Source: Bilabrum cf. latius (taxonomy: Eukaryota). From it: 64,000 nucleotides of DNA. Below are positions 25,439 to 37,100 of the stretch, in pieces. Each line of letters begins with the position of its first letter. Position 1 is the stretch's first letter. The stretch covers positions 1,240,001-1,304,000 of the forward strand of contig OZ237742.1 in the NCBI GenBank assembly GCA_965178125.1. Reading direction: 5' to 3'. A program made the position numbers and the translations under genes. Below the pieces are notes generated by a model. That model had not been told where the DNA came from and did no database searches. It saw nothing but the letters and a program-made list of their open reading frames with translations.

Positions 25439-25969
25439 TTACTCGGACGGGAATGCCACGGCATATCGATTGCCGCGCTCATCAGGAACAGCCTTCATCC
25501 AGATAACGGCAAGCAGAGATTTGCCGGGCTCTCCATCGCGGACTGCGCAGTCCTCACCTTTCTGACCAAGACCCTCCCCGTCCAAGAATGCCTGGAGCTC
25601 ATCATCAGCCATTTCGTCTGGCTTGCCTGGATGCCTGACAGAGCTGTGCTCGTCGTCCTCCTGGGCGACGGCGTAGGGATTGAGGCAGTTCGTTGGTGCC
25701 ACTTCCATCTGAAGCCTGTACTTCATTCCTTGGACCACTTGCTTCGTCCCACCAACCAGCTTTGATGCGATATACCGCATCATCGAATTTGTCCGACGGT
25801 TGTACTGATCCACGGCAACAGCAGCTGCCCGCTTTACCAATGCGTCGTCCCAAGAGGTTATGGGCGATGCACCGCCTGACATTGGCATCTCCCTGGCCAC
25901 ACCGAATCCAGTGCACGAGGTAAGAACGAGCGCAGAAAACAGAGTAGCACTCCACAATCCTGCCCGCAT
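25439..25969 (-). CDS. Secreted cystatin (cysteine protease inhibitor), copy 1, 176 aa
   Basis: Signal peptide, N-terminal GG, AAAVAVDQYN helix, QVVQG (QxVxG) motif. Ends in TAA at a position that is AAA in copy 2. Confidence 0.8.
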   Translation of the reverse strand: MRAGLWSATLFSALVLTSCTGFGVAREMPMSGGASPITSWDDALVKRAAAVAVDQYNRRTNSMMRYIASKLVGGTKQVVQGMKYRLQMEVAPTNCLNPYAVAQEDDEHSSVRHPGKPDEMADDELQAFLDGEGLGQKGEDCAVRDGEPGKSLLAVIWMKAVPDERGNRYAVAFPSE

Positions 25970-26101
25970 GTCCTAACTTCAAGTCGTGGGAAATTGCAGT
26001 GACTTCTCCGGTAGGGGAGATCTGACCAGGTGAGCGCTACACTGGAAGCGCACACTGGCTTTCTTAAATCATTTATAAACCTTACTGTACTTTCAAGGTC
26101 C

Positions 26102-26179
26102 GTAACAAGGGAAGTAACAAGGGTGGTAACAAGGGTGGTAACAAGGGTGGTAACAAGGGTGGCAACAAGGGTGGTAACA
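26102..26179. repeat. 12-bp tandem repeat (GTAACAAGGGTG) x ~6.5, with an inverted unit at 26203-26214
   Basis: Read directly: units start at 26102, 26114, 26126, 26138, 26150, 26162 and 26174 (partial). GTTACCACCCTT at 26203 is the reverse complement of AAGGGTGGTAAC. Confidence 0.95.
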
Positions 26180-27026
26180 TTTGGGGGCCCCGGGGGGATG
26201 GGGTTACCACCCTTCGAAACCATATATTCCCAAATCGACAATTGTAGCCGTAGCACCCGGTAAAGAAAGGATTTAAAAAGTGAAATACAATATTGTTCTC
26301 AAACGGTGGGTCATGCTGCCCTGCCACAGGCGGTCACGCAACCTGCTGCGCTCAGCCCGGGCACGGTGCAGCTCGGCAGGGCACCCTCCACCGGCTTTGT
26401 AGGCGCCGCTACCTGATGTCATTGGCACTGTAGCCGTCACTAATCGTATACAGGTTAAGGCGTATACTTACTTTGTCTGCTAGACTCCTACGCCTGAGGA
26501 CGCCCAGACGATTCTGGGCGGCTGCCCCCCTCGGCTGCCTGGGCGTCGCCTGCGGCTTGACTGCCACGCCTGACTCTACTGAGGCCTTGCAGTTTCAAGA
26601 GTAAGTGCACTTCTTAGTCCACGCCATAGTCTTGGCGCTATGCCATCGCTGTCCTCCCCTCGCCAAGCCCGTCGCATCGCCTTCTCCCGACCTCCCGAGG
26701 AGGAGCTGACAACTTGGAGCCGCTGCCAAGTGCTCCTCTGGCCCCAACAAACAAGGCTCTGAATTTGGACAAAATACACGTTGCCATGCTCAAGGCAGGT
26801 CCTGTTTGGAGTTCCTCTTCGGGACGAAGAAGAGGGGGTTCTTCTTCCTTTTCTTTTTGCTTTCTCTTGAGGCTTTGACCTTTGCTCTAGGGCGGGCTAC
26901 GGGTTATTTGATCGCGTCATTCTCTGAGGTTATCATTAATGGCTCCAACTTGGGGTGTGGTAGCAACTCGTGGTTGCACATTATTCTGCGTGGTTTCTTT
27001 ATCCTAAAAATTATTCTGGTATTCTA

Positions 27027-27168
27027 GTACGAGATCCCCTCAGGGCCCGGCTCTGCGCAGCCCGCTGCCGCCCGCTCCTCCGGCAAGAAGGCCGGCAAGA
27101 AGGGCAAGAGGAAGGGGGCCAAGAAGGGCGGCAAGAGGAGGTCCGCCGGCAAGCGGTCCGAGATCTGA
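27027..27168 (+). pseudogene. Orphan copy of the last ~46 codons of STT3
   Basis: Matches 25001-25142 with two substitutions (RSEL>RSEI); no upstream STT3 sequence. Confidence 0.85.
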
Positions 27169-27440
27169 TTGTGACGATGCCGCGGTATGCTGGTGCCAGT
27201 GGGAACTGGCTGCCCAAGTCGAGAGGTTGCTGCCAGTGAGAGGCGGGCTTGCTGCAGGCCTCCCCAACGCCGTAACACGTTGTGCCGCTAGTTCGCCCCG
27301 ATTCAAGTGATTCTTGGTGTTACTTCAACCCAGCACAATTCACGGAGTATATTTCGGAATGTTGCAACATACCCAAGGTCTCCTGGTCCATACAATGCAT
27401 CACCAAGACCCGCCGAGCACGAGAAAAAAGCGACCATTTC

Positions 27441-28034
27441 TCAAATCTCTTCTGCAAGGTCCGATTTCTCGACGACCAGACGCTCTTTCTCGAACGCGGC
27501 CCGCGGGAATGCCACGGCATATCGATTGCCGCGCTCATCAGGAACAGCCTTCATCCAGACAACGGCATGCAAGGATTTGCCGGGCTCTCCATCGCGGACT
27601 GCGCAATCCTCACCTTTCTGACCAAGACCCTTTCCCTCCAAGAATGCCTGGAGCTCATCATCAGCCATTTCGTCTGGCTTGCCTGGATTCCTGATAGACC
27701 TGTGCTCGTGCTCCTTTGCCTCGTCGTCCTCCTGCGCGACGGCGTAGGGATTGAAGCAGTTTGTTGGTGCCACCTCCATCTGAAGCCTGTACTTCATTCC
27801 TTGGACCACTTGCTTCGTCCCACCAACCAGCCTTGATGCAACATGTAGTACCATCGAATTTGTCCGACGGTTGTACTGATCCACGGCAACAGCAGCTGCC
27901 CGCTTTACCAATGCGTCGTCCCAAGAGAGTATGGGCGATGCACCGCCTGGCATCTCCCTGGCCACACCGAATCCAGTGCACGAGGTAAGAACGAGCGCAG
28001 AAAACAGAGTGGCACTCCACAATCCTGCCCACAT
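27441..28034 (-). CDS. Secreted cystatin, copy 2, 197 aa (retains the original upstream context)
   Basis: Signal peptide, QVVQG motif, ends in TGA; head-to-head with the gene starting at 28133. Confidence 0.85.
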   Translation of the reverse strand: MWAGLWSATLFSALVLTSCTGFGVAREMPGGASPILSWDDALVKRAAAVAVDQYNRRTNSMVLHVASRLVGGTKQVVQGMKYRLQMEVAPTNCFNPYAVAQEDDEAKEHEHRSIRNPGKPDEMADDELQAFLEGKGLGQKGEDCAVRDGEPGKSLHAVVWMKAVPDERGNRYAVAFPRAAFEKERLVVEKSDLAEEI

Positions 28035-28132
28035 GTCCTAACTTGTGGTAAAATGGTCGGAAACGAATGTCGTGGATCCGGAGCAACAAGTGTACTAGGA
28101 ACAAGGCTCCACTGGCTCCAATTCGGACCAAA

Positions 28133-31100
28133 ATGAAAGTTCGCACTTACCGTGCTTTTATAATTGCCCCCTGGGTGGCTTTCATTGCGCTGCTTTGGCT
28201 TGGTTCGTGTGTTACAGCAACCGCTGAGCTTCGCCGGCCGCGACTGGATCGGTGCCAGGCTACTTGGTATACAGTCGCTTCCGTGCGCACCGGCCAGACC
28301 GTGGCTGTGTGTCGTGATCAAAAACTACCGGTTCGCGCGCCTGAGTTGCTTTGGAGTCGAGGTAAGCTTTGCAGCCTATGGCCATCTCAGATTGGACAAT
28401 GCCACTTCATCGTCAACCATTCAGCCGCATTTCTACTCGATTAGCGTCGCAGGGCACGGATATGATGTACATCTGTATGATTTGGAGGATTTTGATCGCG
28501 GTAAAGAGCACTTGATCGAGGACGAGGAGCGTGGGAGCAGCTCAGATGGCGAGCAACGTGGCGACGTGGACCGAGAAGCAGTGTCGAGGCTGCAATTCGG
28601 AACGGATACAAATGCCGAGGGCATGCGCAGAAGTACCGAATCTCGCAGGCAATCGCAGGGTCAAGGCGGCAACCGCGTGGGCACTGACCCTGTCCCTCCG
28701 CCTTACCCCCGGGCCGCCGGGGCCTCCTCGTCGGCTCGCTTGGACAGGCTGCCCACGGGGCCGCCCCTGGACGCCGCTCCCGTGCCCCTCACGGTGCGGC
28801 AGCTCGTCCCCAGGGACTCCCCGGTTGCAACCGCGGGCCTGCATCCGATTTCCTTCGCGTCCCCCTTCCGCCCCGGCATCCCTGCCTCCCTCTCGTTCTG
28901 GGTCTGGCTGTGGCAGGACCCGGCGGGGGGCACGCCGGCAGTGGTTGCGTCCGACTCGCTCAGGTGGCCCACAGCTAGAGCAAGACAGAAAAGGGACACG
29001 AATTCCACTTCCGAGCCTACTAGCACCACACGGGAGCCACCATCTCAGACAGCAACAGAAACACGGAATCGGTATCAGCATCAGTATCAACCGCGGGATG
29101 GCCGCGTGGCCCGGGAGGCAGGCATACGCAGGAAGACCGGACGGCTGCTGGCGCGGGGAATGCGGTCCATTTTCGCCACATAGAACGGGGAGGTAGCGGG
29201 GCAGGCCCAGGTGCTGGCGCCTGCACTCCTCACGGGGGTAGACGCCTCGCCGCCGCCGCGACGCCGATCGGCAGCGCGTCGCAGTGCGATGCAGGAGGCC
29301 CGTGGGTCTAGGCGCCGTTGGTTGAATAAACACGTGCTACCTGCACTGCGCTGCGGCTCCCAGGCCCGCCTGCACGCGCTGCTTGGAGCCAGCCGAGGGG
29401 TGGCGGTGGAGCGGCCGTGGCAACGGGCCACCCGAGGGGTGGATGGGGAACAACAGGGGAGAACAGGGAGGGGCTAGGCAGCGCCAGGCCGTAGAAACGA
29501 GACTGCCATGGGGCCGTGGTGGATGGCTCGGGCCGGCCAGCGGCTAGCTGTGCCTGCGCCTGCGCCTGAGCCTTCCATCGACGAGCATTTGGGGCTTGAT
29601 GGCGGGACGCACGCAAGCGAGCAGTCGAGTGTTGCCAGCGCACGATCGAGAGTGGAGGGTGAAAACTAGGTCGATGGCGATGTGCTGCCTGACACCTCGG
29701 GACCGATCACAGCACGTGCTGCGAATAGCTTGGGGTTCGGTGCATGCCCGGAGGACGAGCGAATCTGGGAGGTGGAGGCGAAGGCGCATGGGGCTTATCA
29801 CGGTGTGACGAGTCCTGGTCCCCTCTTCCACATGGCTCTCCGTCGAGACGAGGCCGAGGAAGCTGCCCTGGCCTCCCCTTGGAAGGGGACTGTCCCTGAC
29901 GGAGCGGGAGACTGGCGGGCCGGTGGCAGTGATGGTGGCACCAGCAGGGGTGGTGGCACCGGCAGGGGTGGTGGTGTTGAGCACCACGCGGGGGGCGGCT
30001 AGCCCAGTGGCCCGTCTGCCGATGTGCTGCCAGAGCCGACTGATGGGGGGCAGCCAGACCCTGGATCGGTTCAGGGTGCACTGCATGGCAGCTCACCCGA
30101 GGCCTGGGTCCCCGGCCCCTCCCGGCGCTGGGGATTGGACGACTTGGACCCACGGCGGGAGGAGGCCCAGTCCGAGGGCAAGAGGCGGTTCTTCCTGGCC
30201 AGCGGGCGGGACGAGCAGGGCAGCTTGCAGGGGTCCTTCGGCGCGGTGGAGGTCCGGCCCCTCCGGTGGACGCACGTGGCGGTAGTGGCCGAGTGGCCAG
30301 AGGGGCAGCTCGAGGGCGTGCTGCGGCTCTTCGTGGACGGAGAGGAGGACGTGACTGTGCGGCTGCAGGGGCGCCCAGGGAACAAGGGGTCAGAGAACAA
30401 GGGGACTGGGTGGAGGGTGGCAGGTGGGCAGTCACAAGAAGACGCCCTGGCGATGCGGAGGGCCGGCGAGGCATGGACGCTGAGGGCGCGGGCGGGGGGC
30501 GAGGGAATCAGGGGGTCCGGGTCGGGAGGTGTAGAGCAGGGGAACGACTGGGGGGATGCGAACGACCCGGAATCGGAATTCAATGCAGGGACGGAGCATG
30601 CATCGGGCGAGGCGGCAGGAGGCGAAAGCGAAGCGTAGAGTGGAGGTGACTACGCCTTTGAGCTTGGGGCCCCGGCCACGGTGGAGTTCGGTGCCAGGGG
30701 CCGGCTGCGGGGGGCGGCGATGATGCTGTCGGGTGCCCTGGCCACCCATGGGGCGGGGCACGGGATCGACTCGGAGTCGAAATCAAGCGGCGAGGGGGTG
30801 CGCGTGCTGGGCGGGGCCATGTCTCGTGGCACGGTGCGCAGGGAGGTCGCGATGGGACCGCCGCCGGTCCCCCCTGCCTGGATGGTGGCCATGGCAGCGA
30901 GGCCGCCGCGCGCCTCAGGACTGCGAGTTGGACCGATCGCGAACAGCGAAAAAGCGGAGGTGATTTCGCACTAGGGTGATTCGCCGCCCCCTGTTGCGAG
31001 CGGGGATGATATTTCGGACGCCATGGTTCACCTGTCTTCCTTCTGCGATGGCGTGCTTGGGGCACCCGCGTGGGAGTGGGGCAAGCGGACGTTCCAAGAC

Positions 31101-34100
31101 GCGATCAATCGGGTGCACAACGCCAGCAGCGCGCCGGATCAGGATAGGTTTCGGATGGTCGGCATGCCCTTGCGCCCTGCGATGCCGGCGTGCGTGCCTC
31201 CGGCCATTCAGTGGGCCTAGGCTGCGAGGACCACGTCCCGAGGGGGCAACTGGACCGCGGTACTCGATTCGATGAAGACGCGTCGCAGCTCTCTGGGCAC
31301 GTGGTACGCTCTGCTCGCAGTCTTGGCCTACTCAGACCAGAAACCTGACCTGGAGGCAATCGGACTTCGTGCCGCATGGCAGGAGGCTATGAGCGAGGAC
31401 GAGGAGGGACACAGCGGCCGGGAGGGCGCTGCAACTACTGGTCAGAGCGGCCAAGGTGAGCCTCTTCGGGACTGCAAGAAAGATGAGAACGCAGTGGCGC
31501 TAACACGAGGTTCCATCCAAGCATCTCAATCATCAGCGAGCGTGCTCGTGTACGGCAGCGACGCGTGGATGGCGCAACACACGGGCTCGCTGCCTTGGAC
31601 ACTCGCCGAGATCGGTCTTCCAGCACCGAACGAAATGGCTTCAGCGGACTCGAGCTGCTGGGGAGATGGATGCAGGGCACTGCCTGCCCCCCACGATGAA
31701 CCTGGCGCCGACGACTTGATCACGGCGGACGAATGGCGCTGGGTCCGCAGGTCGCCGTCCTCTCAGTATCTGCAGGACGTCCTGTGGTACTGGCGCGCGA
31801 TGTGGAACGAACCCGACAGGGCATGGTTCCTCCGCCGAGACGAATCCACAGAGGTGCCCAGAGAGCACGACTGCAGAGCCGTAGTCATGCGCAAAGGCAG
31901 CGCAGTGGCAGCGGGCCCGGCAGACTCAGAGCCTTTGACCAGCCTGGAGGTGACCCCAGCGGGCGGCGTGGCTAGTCCAGCTCTTTCCTAGCCATCTATG
32001 GGGCTCCCTGCCGCATCGGTCAATGTTAAGCATCAAGTCACCGGGCTAGCGGTACGATCGCAGGCGTACCATGCTGATGGCGAGACTGAGGAGGAGGAGG
32101 GTCGGTCGAGGCTTGACACGGTGGTGCCAATGCCGCCTCCCATCGGCGATTCCTGGGCGCTGGCTCGAGTCCTGGCCGCCAACTACGTGCCGAGCGAGGG
32201 TTTATTGCAGTGCGATGCACCCGGTGTGTTCGCTGCAGCGGACAGCTTCCCATTCGTCCAAGCTGGCAACAAGATCGCTGCCAATGGAGCTAGAGCTCGA
32301 CTGCAGCACAGTTTGCCCCGGTGGTGCTACTCTCGGGTCCATGGGCCAAGCAGCAACACGACTAGTACAAACAAGGACAGCGCACGCCCTTTGAATTGGT
32401 CGTATAACGTGAGTACACCAGATGGTGTTGTGCCGCTGCCATTGTATGTGGATCCGTGGCCTCCGCTGTCCAGACGAGGCCGCCTGGTACTGCGGCAGCT
32501 GTGGCCGGGCAGAGACACTGGGGCTGTCCGTGAGGCAAGTGCCGGCGGGGTGCACGCCAAGGATCAAGATGAAGCTGACGCTGGAATATCCAAAGCAAAA
32601 GCGCCGAAATTCTCGATGCTGGCTGGCCGCCTGCTGTCCCGCAAGCAGATGGAGGGGACAGGCGAGGCAGAGTCAGGAGCGGATGCCAAAGATACCCGGA
32701 GTGGGGTGCGAGCTGCCTGTCTGGCCACATGGGCATGGACGCAAGACCCATCGGACAGGGACACGTACTGCCGCCAGTATGCGAGGGTGCATGCCGCTGT
32801 AAATCGTGGCGCGTTCGACGCACATACTCCGGCGCGTGTCGGTGTCTATGGTGGTGGCGTGCATCCCAAAGCATCCGGCGAATCTGACGGCCTACCCCAT
32901 GCTGAATTTTCACATGGCAAGCCGGCGCTAGACCCCCAACTGCACGACTAGCACTCCCGGTTCCTGGCTTGGATAAACGCCGTGACCTCAGCAGACTCCT
33001 CACCTGGATCCGAGCCCGCGCCATAGATGGACCTGCTGCTGCCTGCCGCAGATACAGGGTGCAACAGCGAGCCAGACACGAGCGAGAAGTATTCCAACGA
33101 CAGATCAAGGCGCGACGACGATGCTGATGACGACGACGAGGTGTGCCTCAAGTGGGGCAGGGTGAGGCTCACTGCCGTCCATCTGCAGGCGCTGCAAACA
33201 CTCCGATCCAGACCCCTGGCCATGGAGGCTTTGAATCTGACGCAGGTTCTGCAGCTGCCGATGCTTCCTGTGTCTGGGCAAAGGATGCCAGACGGGTCCA
33301 TCGTGGTAACGGAGGACGCCGCGGCTGCATGGCTCGGCGGACCTGCTGAGACTGGCTTCGGCGGGAACGAGGAGGGCCGCGGTCCGTCACCGAAACATGA
33401 CAGCCACGCCGACCTGGCAGCGCCTCTCGTCACCCTGGTGCCTGACACGGGCCTGGCGCTGGGATACGACCTGGCCTTGGCAGCCGCAGACCGCGCTCGT
33501 CACAATGAAGTCAAAGCGATGTAGGATGGGGCCGTGGAGTCACAGCCCGCGGCTGCAGGTGCCAGGTAGAGCCCCAGCGGCTGGTCCATCTCAGATGGCT
33601 CATCTTCTCTGCGTTATGCCAGTGAGCAGAGGCTGCGGTCCCTTGCAGAGCCGGGGGAGTGGAGCCTAGAGTCTCTAAAGGTGCTGCACCCATCGGGAGC
33701 AGCAGGGTTGGGCGCCAATGAGGGCGGCCGTGCCACTGGCGGCAGGGGTGGGTAGGCGGGCCTTCACGGGGGTGTCCAAACTGGCGGCCACTCTGCCCGT
33801 GTGGGGGACCAAGAGCCGACCGACCAGGCCCTGGCAATGCAGCAGCTGGCCGACAGAGGGGATGCCAGAGCGATGGCGTGGCTTGGCGGGGCGCACTACT
33901 ACGGCACCGGGGGCCTCCCTGTGAACCGCTGGGCCTCGCTGCGGTTCTTCCGGGGGGCCGCGCTCAGAGGCAACGGAGAGGGGATGTTCAACCTCGCCGC
34001 GACCGTGATGAACGTTCGTCGGGAGGTTCGCCAGCGGCTGGCGGCCCGGCACGGGGTGCCTCATCGCCGCGGTGCCGACCTGCTGCTGTGGTGGCGGCGC

Positions 34101-37100
34101 GACGGCAACATGACCTCGCTCTCGGGCCACTTCAAGGGAGGCCGCGGAGGCAACGGTGCGCGGAGGAGGGCAAGGCTGAGTGGAGGCCTGGCCTCTCCCG
34201 CGGCCCACGCGAGTGAGAGCTGGCTGAGGAACAAGGTGGCCGGCATGCAGGCAATGGCCGGGGACTGGGCCGAGAATGCGGCCCCGGTCAAGTTCGGGCA
34301 GCAGTCCGCTGGTGACGGCGTTGCAAGCGGTGAAAGTGGCGGGCATGACTTGTGGGAGGAAGATGACCAGCCGCTGTACTGGTTCGAGCGGGCCGCGGCA
34401 GAGGGATTTGGACCGGCTGCGTAGGGGCTGGCTCATGCGTACCTGAAGGGAGTTGCGCCTGGAGGCAGCGAGGATGATGGCGATGGGGCTGCTGGCGAAG
34501 AGATGGACCACGAGGGTGGTCAATTCGATGATGATGCGTAGGATGACGCGTATGACGAGTGGGACGCGCGGGACTGGTCGCCTGACGATGAGCAAGACCA
34601 GGACCTGGACGGGGATGAGGATGGAGACGATGGGGATGAAGATCATGAGGCCATGCAAGGGGTTGGGGCTCATGTCGCTGGTGCTTATGGAGGTGCACCA
34701 GCCCCGGGTGGTCGCGGGCATGGGCACCGAGGGGCAGGCGATGGTGCAGCGTTGGGGCCAGGCGTACACCCGCAGAATGCCGCAGCAGTGAACGGTGGCG
34801 AAGATGTTCATGGCAATCGAGGGCGTGACCCCGCGCAGGGCGGTAACCACGAACCCGATCCTCAAGAGCCCGGTCATGCACACGAGCCTCAATAGCCCGA
34901 TGAGGCTCGAGGCATGCCGAGGCATGGCATCGAGGCCAGGAGGAGGAGGCAGGCCCAGCGAGGCATGGAGACCGTGTCCCAGCTCACCCGAAATCAAAAA
35001 AGGGCCAATAGGTCCCGGCGGTTTCGGTTGAGCAAGAACGAGACGAGGGCGGTCGAGCTTTTGGAAACGGCGTGCAGTAGCGGGGCAGCGTCTGGATGCG
35101 CCGAGCTGAGCAGTCTGCTTGTTCGGGGGTTCAGGCCGCCAGCCGCGGACGTTCCTAGGATGGTGCAGGCGGCAGCGCAGCGCCTGAGAACAAAGGTGCG
35201 CGAGACTGGAGGCGTCGGTCTCCTCTCTCTCCTTGAAGATCTGGAGAGGGCAGGGGCAGCCAACGGACTGGCTGGCCAGGCCATGGACCGTGCCGTGCTG
35301 CTGCACCCGCGACTGCAATCGCTGCAGGACGAGCCAGCTCTTGCGATGGACGGGCAGCGGTGGGAGTCTCCGAATGCGGCGCATGAGGCGCTGGTGCGGG
35401 CTGCTGGGGCGGGGCACAGGGATGCGAGGCTGGCGCTGGCCCGTGGGCTGGGTCGATCGCATGGCCGGTATGCTCGCGCTTGGGGCAGGCAGGTGGGAGC
35501 CTGGGCCCAGGTTGCACTAGGGCGCGCTGGGGATGCATTGTTGCATGGTGCTGGGAATACGGGGACAGATGAAGGCTCTGGCGGTGTGGCGGTGCCTGTG
35601 AGTCATCGCATTGCGGTGCCATCTATGCTGGGGGCGCCGTGGGCGCTTCCTGCTACTCCGGGCTTGCCCGCGCCCCGACTCGCCAGTGCCAGCACAACCA
35701 GCTGCGCTGACATCCAGCTAGCGAGCCGCACCGGCAGCGGTCCCAAAACCTGTCCTCAGTCTAGCCCCGATGCAGCGACGTGGCACGCCCTGTTGGCGTG
35801 GCTCGGCATCGAGCAGCAGCCAACTTGGCGACCCAGCGACAGCAGCACGAGCCGCGAATTTCCAAAGCAAAACACGGATGGAGCTGGCCCCTCCAGACCG
35901 GTGCCGTTTGCCGTGCACCTGGGGGTAGACGACTCATCTCACTCGTCACACGCGCGTGGCCAGTGGGGCAGCCTTGGTCTGCACCTGATTTCAGGCGGGG
36001 AGACCCTTCTGTCCCCGAATCAGAGATTCGGTGCTGATGCGCTGGATGCGTTTGGACGTGGTGAGCTGCCAGGCGCCGAGGCAGGCCGAGCGTGGGGGCA
36101 TGACCTCTGGCTTGGGGCCCGGGTAGCCGCCGAAGCAGCGGCAGCGGCGTTCAATCAGGACTCGAGGGGGCCGAGTGAAGGCCTGGTTGCTGTCCTTGGG
36201 AAGGGAGGCAAGCCCGATCGCGACGTGGCGGAGCGGCCGCATCTGCGTCCAGGGTCACCACAAGCTACCGGAATGTGGGTTCCTCATGGACTTGACGTCA
36301 GACTCGCCGCAGAGTGGGCCGTGCTCGGCGCTGAGACGAGCGTGCCAGAGTACCTTGCACAGGCGGGCATCGATGCGTTGAGGGGCACTGGGCCCTGGGG
36401 CACCCTGGGGACCCTGTGCAGGGATGCGGTCCGTGGTGTGACGAGTGATGGAGAGGGCGGGTCTGACGATGTAGGCAGAGCTGTGAAGGCGGCCTGCTAC
36501 CCTGCCAGGCCCTGTGATGCCGCATCTCACGGCGATGGACATGCTACTGTGACCGACTCAGGTGCGCATGGCGATGGGCAACCGACTCCGGCTATCTCAA
36601 TGGGGGTACGGGAGGACGCACTGCCCCTGTTTCAACTCGGTGCCTCCCTGGGTAGTCAGACAGCCGCAGCGAATGGGGCTTTCGTGGCTGAAGCGATGGC
36701 CAGGAGCACTGCATCGAGGCAGGTGTGCGTGGCCCGCAGCATGTTTGGTGGTGTGTTGCCAGGGTTCAACTCTCTACGCAATGGGGCGCACCCAGTTGCA
36801 AACAACACTGCAGCAGAACGGGTGTCTTGGGTCCATCCAGTCACCCAGGACCAAGCCGTGCATCTCGCGCTTGTCGAGCAGGATGAGAGGCGAGAGGCCG
36901 CCTGGAGGTTGGGGCTGGGCGCGGCGGACCCCGAGGGTGGTGACTCGAATCCGTCCGAGTCAGAGAGCGACAGGTCGGGGGCTCACTCGTCACACAGAGG
37001 TGGGATGTTTGGTGACGATGGAGACGGCCCCAAAACTCCGAGCGCACCAGGAAGCGATCGGGCGGGCGGTACTGCAGGGTCAGCAACTGGAGCGGCCCCG

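Larger units (their letters stand above)
25001..28044. repeat. Direct duplication of ~1 kb (copy 1 25001-25979; copy 2 27027-28044) separated by a unique 1047-bp insert
   Basis: Both copies start at GTACGAGATCCCCTCAGGGC (STT3 3' end) and end at CATGTCCTAACTT, 10 nt upstream of the cystatin ATG. Confidence 0.95.

Noticed and set aside
25439-25441. TAA also reassigned (it aligns with AAA in cystatin copy 2)
   Set aside because: A single case in a diverging duplicate. No internal TAA occurs in the other genes, and TAA terminates the Sel1 and SRCR genes at plausible C-termini.
26102-26179. 12-bp array as a CRISPR array or telomere
   Set aside because: No spacers, eukaryotic context, internal position and only ~6.5 units. 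Telomeric origin cannot be tested without contig ends.
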